From contig NZ_CP064923.1 in NCBI RefSeq assembly GCF_018336915.1, positions 5,020,495-5,044,494 of the forward strand: 24,000 bases of DNA. Direction: 5' to 3'. Of the stretch, positions 7,436-13,984 are shown piece by piece. The DNA is from Acaryochloris marina S15 (GTDB lineage Bacteria > Cyanobacteriota > Cyanobacteriia > Thermosynechococcales > Thermosynechococcaceae). The notes below the pieces were generated by a model. The model ran no database searches, was not told the origin of the DNA, and saw only the letters and a program-made list of their open reading frames with translations. A program made the position numbers and the translations under genes. The stretch's first letter is position 1; the number at the start of each line of letters is the position of its first letter.

Positions 7436-9637
7436 CTAGTTTTTCTCAGTCGCACCTAATGCTTGCAGCTTTTTTTGCACCTTGTTGTAATCCTCTGTTT
7501 GGTCTTGAGCCAGATAGAGGGATGCTGCTTTCTGATAATCGGCGATCGCACCTTTAATATCCTTAAGCTCAACCTTGGCCAGACCTCGATTGTCATAGAG
7601 AAGGCCCACTCGGGGAGCCAGTTGAATACCCTGGTTGTAGTCTGAGATCGCACCCATGTATTCTTTGAGTCTGTACTTCGACCAGCCCCGATTATTGTAG
7701 GCCTCTGCATAATTGGGATCAAACCCCAGGGCGGCTGTGAAATCGAAGATGGCACCTTGATAATCTTGCAGATCATCTTTCGCATTGCCGCGATTGTAAT
7801 GGGCTTGGACATACTTTGGATTAAGACGGATGGCTTCGGTATAGTCTAGAATCGCGCCTTTGTAGTCTTGTTTTAGATCGGCCTTGGCGGCACCTCGGCT
7901 GTTATAAGCACTTGCATACTCAGGATTGATTGCAAGGGCTTGATTAAAGTCACGAACCGCACTGCCATAATTTCCGAGACGATACTTGGCCACGCCACGG
8001 TTATCGTAGGCTCTCACATATTTAGGCTTGAGCTTTAGAGCTTGATCGTAATCTGCGATCGCACCTTCGTAATCGGCTTGATTCGATTTTGTCCAACCCC
8101 GGTCATGATAGGCTACTTCGTCCTTGGGATTGAGCTTTAAGGCCTGATCGTAATCTGCGATCGCACCGTCATAATCTTTCAGATCGTCTTTGGTATAGCC
8201 TCGATTGTAGTAACCCGCTGCATCTTTGGGGTTGAGACGAATGGCTTCGCTAAAGTCTGCGATCGCACCGTCATAATCTTGCTGTTTGTATTTGGCCCAG
8301 CCTCGATCGTTGACTATTTTCTCTTCCTTGGGTGCTACGTTGTATACCTTCTGATCTTTGGGCGCTAGGCGAAGCGCTTCGGTATAGTCTGCAACTGCAC
8401 CCTGGTAATCTTCCAGCTCAGCTTTAGCTAAACCTCGGTTGTGATAAGTCTCCGAATTGCTACCGTCTTCTTGGGTATAGTCGCCCCTATCTTTATGGGT
8501 ATAGACTTCTGAATTATTTGGATTGAGGCGAAGGCTCTCTGTATAGTCTGAGATCGCCCCACTAAAGTCTTGTTGAGTCTTTTTGACATTCCCCCGGCGA
8601 AAGTACGCCAGGGATAGCTTCGGATCTAAACGGATCGCTTGATCAAAATCTGCAATGGCACCAGAGTAGTCTTCTAAACCAGCCTTAGCCAATCCTCTGT
8701 TGTTATAGGCGACCGCATCATGAGATTTCAGTTGAATGGCCTGAGTTAAATCTGCGATGGCCCCCGGAAAGTCTTTTTGGATAGACTTTACATATCCTCG
8801 GTTGCCATAGGCATCACCATACTTGGGATCGAGTTGAATCGCTTTGGTATTGTCCGCAATTGCGTCCCCGTAATCTTTCAACAAAGCTTTGCTTCTGGCT
8901 CGGTTGTAGTAAGCAAGAGCATTTTGGGGATTCAAGCGAATCATTTCAGTGAAGTCGGGAATCGCTTTCTGATATTGTTTGAGTTTATTCAGCGTATAGC
9001 CACGGAGATTGTAAGCGTCTGCATAGTTAGGATTGAGCTTAATCGCTTCCGTAAGATCTTCGATGGCTCCCTTGTAGTCTCTCAAATCATCCTTGGCATA
9101 GCCACGACTGTAGTAGTTTTCAGCTTCTTTTGGATTAAGTTGAATCGCCTGGGTAAAGTCTGAGATCGCACCCTGAAAATCCTTTTGCCTGTATCTAGCC
9201 CATCCTCGGTTGTAGTAGGCCCACTCAAATTTTGGGTCGAGTTGGATAGCTTGATTAAAATCTGCGATCGCATCTCCGTATTGCTGTAATTCAGACTTTG
9301 CCCAACCACGACTGTTATAGGCTTTTGTATCTTTAGGGGTGAGCAGAATCGTTTGGGAGTAATCTGCAATCGCCCCCTTATACTTCTTTAACTCAACCTT
9401 GGCCTTACCGCGCCGATAGTAAGCCTGGGCATGTTTGGGATCTAGGCGAATCGCTTGTGTGTAGTTTGCGATCGCCTTTTTGTATTCTTTTTTCTTCTGC
9501 TTCGCTTCCCCCTGCTGGAAATAGACGTCCGCATTCTGACTCTGAGCAATCGTAGTAGGCACGGTCTGGGCCGATACAGGCTCAACAGCAGGTGTTGCAA
9601 CCAATATCCCCAAACTTAAAAGCAGAGAATTATTCAT
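7436..9637 (-). CDS. Secreted tetratricopeptide (TPR) repeat protein, about 20 tandem 34-aa repeats
   Basis: The ORF runs to 9652 via a TTG, but ATG 9637..9635 gives MNNSLLLSLGILVATPAVEPVSAQ, a signal-peptide-like N-terminus. The remainder is a near-continuous array of the pattern YxNRGxAKxxLxDYxGAIADxxQAIxLxPK. Confidence 0.9.
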   Translation of the reverse strand: MNNSLLLSLGILVATPAVEPVSAQTVPTTIAQSQNADVYFQQGEAKQKKKEYKKAIANYTQAIRLDPKHAQAYYRRGKAKVELKKYKGAIADYSQTILLTPKDTKAYNSRGWAKSELQQYGDAIADFNQAIQLDPKFEWAYYNRGWARYRQKDFQGAISDFTQAIQLNPKEAENYYSRGYAKDDLRDYKGAIEDLTEAIKLNPNYADAYNLRGYTLNKLKQYQKAIPDFTEMIRLNPQNALAYYNRARSKALLKDYGDAIADNTKAIQLDPKYGDAYGNRGYVKSIQKDFPGAIADLTQAIQLKSHDAVAYNNRGLAKAGLEDYSGAIADFDQAIRLDPKLSLAYFRRGNVKKTQQDFSGAISDYTESLRLNPNNSEVYTHKDRGDYTQEDGSNSETYHNRGLAKAELEDYQGAVADYTEALRLAPKDQKVYNVAPKEEKIVNDRGWAKYKQQDYDGAIADFSEAIRLNPKDAAGYYNRGYTKDDLKDYDGAIADYDQALKLNPKDEVAYHDRGWTKSNQADYEGAIADYDQALKLKPKYVRAYDNRGVAKYRLGNYGSAVRDFNQALAINPEYASAYNSRGAAKADLKQDYKGAILDYTEAIRLNPKYVQAHYNRGNAKDDLQDYQGAIFDFTAALGFDPNYAEAYNNRGWSKYRLKEYMGAISDYNQGIQLAPRVGLLYDNRGLAKVELKDIKGAIADYQKAASLYLAQDQTEDYNKVQKKLQALGATEKN

Positions 9638-9859
9638 AGACCCCCAAACCAAAAATTTTTTATTTTATCGATGAATATATCTTAAACTCTTTCCCAGCTT
9701 CGCATCCCCGTACAGTTCGCATACTAAGAAATCACCGTCAGACATTTCGCTCTAAAAAGTGATGGTGTTCTATCGAAAGTTTTCCCCACATTGCCAAACA
9801 TACTCACTGAACAGCAGTGAGAATTCAGCACATTCTTCGAGAAATATACAGTTCCATCT

Positions 9860-9930
9860 AAAAAAGGAGGAGGCTTACAGCCCATATTCCATATACAATC
9901 CGAGGATAAAATATGGGCTGTAAGTCCCCA
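9860..9930 (-). terminator. Probable intrinsic terminator downstream of clpP3
   Basis: A perfect 14-bp stem (9874-9887 CTTACAGCCCATAT pairing with 9911-9924 ATATGGGCTGTAAG) encloses a 23-nt loop. The stem extends by about 4 more pairs after one mismatch. On the minus strand it is followed by CCUCCUCC then U6 (A6 at 9860-9865 on the plus strand). It sits 77 bp after the clpP3 stop. Confidence 0.5.
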
Positions 9931-10000
9931 TAAACCAAAGCTGGCAGCCCCAATACGAGAGACTACCAGACTTAATAAATAGGTTGTAAAAGCAAGACTG

Positions 10001-10597
10001 TTAGGCAGGCTTTTCTTCAATCACTTGGTCAATGAGACCATATTCCAAAGCCTCATGGGCAGACATGAAGAAATCCCGATCCATGTCTTTTTCAATTTTT
10101 TCTAGGGGTTGTTTCGTTCTCGCGGAGTAGATGCCATTCAACTGCTGACGCACGCGAATGATTTCCTTAGCTTCAATTTCAATATCAGAAGCCTGACCAC
10201 GAGCACCACCAGAGGGCTGGTGAATCATGATGCGGGAGTGGGGAAGCGCTAAACGCTTACCTGGAGAACCCGCAGCAAGTAGAAATGATCCCATTGAGGC
10301 CGCTAAGCCCACACAGATCGTCGCAACTTCTGACTTAATGTGCTGCATGGTGTCATAGATGGCCAATCCCGCTGTCACTGAGCCACCCGGTGAGTTGATA
10401 TAGATGGAGATCGGCTTACTAGGATCTTCAGAATCCAAGTAAAGGAGAAAAGCCACAATTTGATTGGCTAGACCATCGGTTACTTCCTGGCCTAGAAAAA
10501 TGATTCTTTCCTGGCTCAGGCGGGTATAAATATCCACCCAACGTTCATAGGGACTGCCAGGGATACGGTAGGGAACGCTAGGAACACCAATAGGCAT
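10001..10597 (-). CDS. clpP3: ATP-dependent Clp protease proteolytic subunit (ClpP3-type, catalytically competent)
   Basis: 198 aa beginning [39 protein letters not shown]. The Ser-His-Asp triad context is intact ([24 protein letters not shown]). It lies 44 bp downstream of clpR on the same strand. Confidence 0.92.
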   Translation of the reverse strand: MPIGVPSVPYRIPGSPYERWVDIYTRLSQERIIFLGQEVTDGLANQIVAFLLYLDSEDPSKPISIYINSPGGSVTAGLAIYDTMQHIKSEVATICVGLAASMGSFLLAAGSPGKRLALPHSRIMIHQPSGGARGQASDIEIEAKEIIRVRQQLNGIYSARTKQPLEKIEKDMDRDFFMSAHEALEYGLIDQVIEEKPA

Positions 10598-10641
10598 AGT
10601 CGATAACTCTCTTTTTGCTACTACTCAGGTTGACTCATTTT

Positions 10642-11334
10642 TTAAACTGCAGAGGGCATTGGCGTGGGTAATTCTTTTTGGCTAGCCAACACGCGATCAA
10701 TCAACCCATAGTCTTTAGCTTCTTCTGGGGACAGATAAAACATCCGGTCCATATCTTTGGAAATCTTTTCGGACGTTTGCCCGGTATTTTTCTCCAGGAT
10801 GTCTAACATCGTGGTTTTATTGGCAATGACTTCCTGGGCTCGAATTTGGATGTCAGAGGCTTGCCCTTGAGCACCACTGCGGGCTTGGTTGAGAACAATA
10901 GTGGCATGTCCCAAACTCGCTCGGAACCCCTTCGTCCCCGCTGACAAGATCATTGCCGCAGTTCCCATCGCTTGACCAATACAGATGGTATGCACAGGAG
11001 GTTTGATATATGACATGGTATCGCAAATGGCAAAGGCTTCCGTTTCAAAGCCAATGGCATCGCCGCCATACCAAGAGGTACCTGTGGAGTTGATGTAAAA
11101 GAAAATAGGTTTATCAGGATCGTCGAATTGCAAGAACAACAGTTGAGCAATAATCAACTCTGTGACATCAAAGCCAACCTGGCGTTTGATATCATCTGAG
11201 GAAAATAGGGGCATCCCTAAATAAACAATTCGCTCTTTTAGCAATAGAGACTGTAAATCAGGGGGCGGGGTGCGGTAATAGGCATCGCCGCCGCCACCAT
11301 AAGGGGCTTGAACTGCTTGAATCCTTGACTCCAT
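10642..11334 (-). CDS. clpR: ClpR, catalytically inactive ClpP paralog
   Basis: Clp protease fold, but the nucleophile Ser context is replaced (GQAMGTAAMIL) and the His context IMIHQP is replaced by IVLNQA. ATG 11334..11332 gives MESRIQAVQAPYGGGGDAYYRTPPPDLQSLLLKERIVYLG and a normal 230-aa length. The longer 274-aa ORF in the track starts at 11466, inside the IS inverted repeat. Confidence 0.85.
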   Translation of the reverse strand: MESRIQAVQAPYGGGGDAYYRTPPPDLQSLLLKERIVYLGMPLFSSDDIKRQVGFDVTELIIAQLLFLQFDDPDKPIFFYINSTGTSWYGGDAIGFETEAFAICDTMSYIKPPVHTICIGQAMGTAAMILSAGTKGFRASLGHATIVLNQARSGAQGQASDIQIRAQEVIANKTTMLDILEKNTGQTSEKISKDMDRMFYLSPEEAKDYGLIDRVLASQKELPTPMPSAV

Positions 11335-11453
11335 TGCCTGACAATTACCTAAAGGTGACAATACTGTTACACTGTAGCAATTTTCTGGCGTTTGAATGGG
11401 GGGAAATACCGTACTCCCAGATTGCTGCTGGATGGCTCTAGTAACGATGAAAG

Positions 11454-11485
11454 GGTCGTGCCTCAAGTAATTGTGGGTTGAGTAT
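11454..11485. repeat. IS left inverted repeat
   Basis: The sequence is GGTCGTGCCTCAAGTAATTGTGGGTTGAGTAT. The first 24 nt match the reverse complement of the right end at 21/24 positions. Confidence 0.85.
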
Positions 11486-11517
11486 ACTAGAGGCTCAGCT
11501 CAGCTTCTAACCTACCC

Positions 11518-11895
11518 ATGCAATGCCCACTATGCGGTCATTCCAAAGCACACAAGCATGGCAAGATGCCCAACATGCTTCAACGATACCGTTGTCCTGA
11601 GTGCCAGCAGACCTTTACTGAACGCTTTGATACCCTTTACTATCGTCGTCAGGTGAGTCCAGAGCAGGTCCGACAAGTCCTCCAAGCCCATGCAGAAGGG
11701 AGTAGTCTTCGAGGTATCACTCGGACCAGTGGCCTAGCTTACAACACTGTAGTCTCTCTAGTAAGAGCTGCTAGCCAACGATCTCAGCAACTCCATAATG
11801 GCCAAGTGCAAGCCGTTGAAACGGAGGATGTCAGTGCAGATGAAATGTGGTCCTTTGTGAAAAAAAGCAAAAACACTGTCTTCCCCATGAGCTAG
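11518..11895 (+). CDS. IS1-family InsA-like ORF (zinc finger + helix-turn-helix)
   Basis: 125 aa with a C2C2 zinc finger (CPLCGHSKAHKHG...RYRCPECQQTF) followed by an HTH-like segment (SLRGITRTSGLAYNTVVSLV). Confidence 0.85.
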   Translation: MQCPLCGHSKAHKHGKMPNMLQRYRCPECQQTFTERFDTLYYRRQVSPEQVRQVLQAHAEGSSLRGITRTSGLAYNTVVSLVRAASQRSQQLHNGQVQAVETEDVSADEMWSFVKKSKNTVFPMS

Positions 11896-12347
11896 AGATG
11901 GGTGATTGTTGGATGGCGATTACCTTGGCAAACACAAGCGGCGTGATCCTCTCGTGTCGTGTGGGCAAGCACACCGATTCATTATTGAATGAACTGGTGA
12001 CTAGCACTGAAGGTAAGACCGATTGCAAGGACTGGAATAGCGACGATTGGGGGGGGTACGAAAGAGTGTTGCCTTGGGAGATTGACCATTACATTGGCAA
12101 GGACAGAACTCAACGACTCGAACGCACCAATGGCATTATTCGACAGCACAGTGGTCGATGGCATCGACGCCAGAACAAATTTGGCAAAGTGTGGGCGCAA
12201 ACCAAAGTCACTGCTCGATTAGTGGTCAGCTATTTCAATTGGATTTGGACACACAGTCGGCTTAAAACAACGGCGGCACAACGTGCTGATCTAGCCTCGC
12301 GAGCTTGGCATTGGGATGACATACTCACCTACCCCACAATTGTTTGA
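11518..12347 (+). CDS. IS1-family transposase (InsAB-like fusion produced by a -1 frameshift at 11860-11866)
   Basis: ORF B (11847-12347) is in the -1 frame relative to ORF A, and the two overlap across the A7 run. A slip gives ...SADEMWSFVKKKQKHCLPHELEMGDCWMAI..., joining the DDE-like blocks ADEMW, NSDDWGGY and QRLERTNGIIRQHSGRWHRRQNKFGK. Confidence 0.75.
11860..11866 (+). promoter_or_regulatory. A7 slippery run, putative programmed -1 frameshift (or transcriptional slippage) site
   Basis: The context is GTG AAA AAA AGC in the ORF A frame, and the -1 frame continues as AAG CAA AAA CAC (ORF B). This resembles the A6C site of E. coli IS1. Confidence 0.65.
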
Positions 12348-12356
12348 TGCACGACC
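12321..12356. repeat. IS right inverted repeat
   Basis: Its reverse complement reads GGTCGTGCATCAAACAATTGTGGGGTAGGTGAGTAT. Confidence 0.85.
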
Positions 12357-12528
12357 GCTGAAAGCGCAATAGATTATTTTGAAGCATCGTAATACAATCT
12401 ATTTCGCAAAAACTGAATAAAGAACGGCATTGAGACATTGCAGATCTTACAGAGTGCTTAGAAACATTGATATATCAGTATTTCAGCACCCCTTCTTTCT
12501 TGAATATCCTTGCATTTACAAAAGACGT

Positions 12529-12557
12529 TTGAACACTCAGGTTTTTTGTAGCATAAT
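12529..12557 (+). promoter_or_regulatory. Candidate sigma70-type promoter for the methyltransferase/Rid-CM operon
   Basis: TTGAAC (12529-12534), a 17-nt spacer, then CATAAT (12552-12557), about 75 nt upstream of ATG 12631. This is a sequence match only. Confidence 0.35.
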
Positions 12558-12630
12558 ACTACAGAATAATCTATTATGCTTCCAGTGACGATTGTCGCTC
12601 CCCACATCGTTTCCGTTTAATGAGTGCATC

Positions 12631-13260
12631 ATGTCTAATCAATGGACCTCGGCAGAACATGCTCTAGGGTATCTAGCTAGGGCAGATCAGTTCCCGCACC
12701 GTACAGAAGGAGAAGCAGTCTTGTTGGAACATGTTCCGCAGTCTGCCCAGCGAATCCTGGACTTAGGAACGGGAGATGGCCGCTTGTTAGCACTCCTAAA
12801 AATTGACCGTTCTGATGTGAACGGTGTGGCGATGGATTTTTCTCCAACCATGCTAGAGGCAGTTCGGCAGCGATTTGCGGATGATGCCAAGGTTACGATT
12901 GTTGACCACAACATGGAGCAGCCCTTACCTCACTTGGAACACTTTGATGGAATTGTCTCTAGTTTTGCAATTCATCATCTGGCAGATGCACGCAAGCGTA
13001 ATCTCTATCAGGAAGTATTTGAGTTACTGAAGCCTGGAGGCATTTTCTGCAACTTAGAGCATGTTGCATCCCCCACGGCCAAACTACATGAGCAGTTTTT
13101 GCAAGCGCTTGACATCGCCCTAGAAGACGATGATCCTTCTAATCAGCTTTTAGATATAGAAACACAACTCAGCTGGTTGAGAGAAATCGGCTTTGAAGAT
13201 GTGGACTGTTATTGGAAGTGGCTAGAGATGGCCCTACTCATTGGAGTGAAACCGCTATGA
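12631..13260 (+). CDS. Class I SAM-dependent methyltransferase, substrate unknown
   Basis: SAM-binding motif I is ILDLGTGDGRL, with further Rossmann-MTase blocks VSSFAIHHL and LKPGGIF. I prefer ATG 12631 (MSNQWTSAEHALGYL...) to the TTG at 12592 used by the track. Confidence 0.8.
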   Translation: MSNQWTSAEHALGYLARADQFPHRTEGEAVLLEHVPQSAQRILDLGTGDGRLLALLKIDRSDVNGVAMDFSPTMLEAVRQRFADDAKVTIVDHNMEQPLPHLEHFDGIVSSFAIHHLADARKRNLYQEVFELLKPGGIFCNLEHVASPTAKLHEQFLQALDIALEDDDPSNQLLDIETQLSWLREIGFEDVDCYWKWLEMALLIGVKPL

Positions 13261-13961
13261 AACAGCCGATTCAACGGGTGAGTTCTGGGGCTCCGTGGGA
13301 AGCCCAGGTAGGCTACTGTCGGGCCATTCGAGTGGGTGATCAGATCCATATTTCAGGGACAGCCCCTGTGGATGCTCAAGGACAGGTAGTTTCTGCCGAT
13401 GGTTATACGCAAGCGCATCGCTGTCTAGAGATTATCCAGGCCGCCCTACAAGAGTTGGGAACAGATACCCATGCCGTTGTGCGAACTCGGATGTTTGTCA
13501 CCGATATTACGCAATGGCAAAAATTCTCCCAGGCTCACCAGGAATTCTTTGGGGCCAACCCACCTGTAACCACGATGGTGCAGGTCAGTGCTTTGATTGA
13601 TCCAGCCATGCTGATTGAAATTGAAGCAGATGCAGTGTTTCTAGAAGATAGCGCTCATCCAGGAATACTAAAAGCTCATGACTGTCGGGACATGACTGAT
13701 ATTCGCGTTGCAATTGACCACCTTGATGCCCAAGTCATTGAGTTACTCGGTCAGCGATTTGACTACGTTAAAGCAGCAGCAAAATTCAAAACAGATGCCC
13801 AAAGCGTCAAAGCCCCTGAACGGCTCAAGAGAATGTTAGAGCAGCGACGGCAATGGGCTGAAACAGCTGGTTTAGAGCCTGACATCATCGAACAACTTTA
13901 TCGAGACTTAGTGCAATATTTCATTAACGCTGAACTCGATCATTGGCGTTCCTCCCAATAG
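13257..13961 (+). CDS. Fusion protein: RidA/YjgF-family (Rid) domain + AroQ-type chorismate mutase-like domain
   Basis: ATG 13257 overlaps the methyltransferase stop codon (ATGA at 13257-13260). The N-terminal ~130 aa look YjgF/RidA-like (GYCRAIRVGDQIHISGT...RTRMFVTDI...MLIEIEADAV). The C-terminal ~85 aa look like CM type 2 (MTDIRVAIDHLDAQVIELLGQRFDYVKAAAKFK...APERLKRMLEQRR...LYRDLVQYFINAELD). Confidence 0.72.
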   Translation: MKQPIQRVSSGAPWEAQVGYCRAIRVGDQIHISGTAPVDAQGQVVSADGYTQAHRCLEIIQAALQELGTDTHAVVRTRMFVTDITQWQKFSQAHQEFFGANPPVTTMVQVSALIDPAMLIEIEADAVFLEDSAHPGILKAHDCRDMTDIRVAIDHLDAQVIELLGQRFDYVKAAAKFKTDAQSVKAPERLKRMLEQRRQWAETAGLEPDIIEQLYRDLVQYFINAELDHWRSSQ

Positions 13962-13984
13962 CACTTAGGTTTCTGCTCGGAGAG

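Larger units (their letters stand above)
11454..12356 (+). mobile_element. Intact IS1-family insertion sequence (903 bp)
   Basis: The terminal inverted repeats both begin GGTCGTGC. They are flanked by GATGAAAG (11446-11453) and GCTGAAAG (12357-12364), a 7/8 direct repeat. Two overlapping ORFs are linked by an A7 run, and IS1-type zinc-finger, HTH and DDE blocks are present. Confidence 0.88.

Noticed and set aside
7456-9369. ORFs 7456-7812 (-), 7463-7645 (+), 8777-9163 (+) and 9082-9369 (-) inside the TPR gene. Also the ~102-bp periodic repeat pattern with palindromic GCGATCGC cores, which could be mistaken for a CRISPR-like array
   Set aside because: The periodicity is that of a 34-codon protein repeat in one continuous ORF. 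The spacers are themselves conserved coding sequence. The palindromic core is HIP1 and not a CRISPR repeat. The alternative-frame ORFs are by-products of the repeats.
9724-10020. 98-aa minus-strand ORF between clpP3 and the TPR gene
   Set aside because: Its start lies inside the clpP3 coding end. It contains the 14-bp terminator-like hairpin (9874-9924) and a second 7-bp hairpin (9803-9821). It is Cys/Ser-rich with no motif. The region is better explained as the clpP3 terminator plus the TPR gene promoter.
10642-11466. 274-aa version of ClpR given in the ORF track
   Set aside because: The first codons (from 11466) lie inside the IS left inverted repeat. The extra 44 residues have no ClpR-like sequence. 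ATG 11334 gives the conserved N-terminus.
11847-12347. ORF B of the IS as an independent GTG-initiated gene
   Set aside because: It overlaps ORF A in the -1 frame across an A7 run, and the first DDE Asp block (ADEMW) lies in ORF A. A frameshift fusion is the better reading.
12368-12582. AATAGATTATT (12368-12378) and its reverse complement AATAATCTATT (12565-12575), each with an adjacent GAAGCAT/ATGCTTC, flanking the candidate methyltransferase promoter
   Set aside because: The 11-mer is itself quasi-palindromic (AATA-N3-TATT) in an AT-rich spacer. The sub-blocks are not arranged as a true inverted repeat. I cannot distinguish this from chance without genome-wide motif counts. It is worth a glance only if a regulator is sought.
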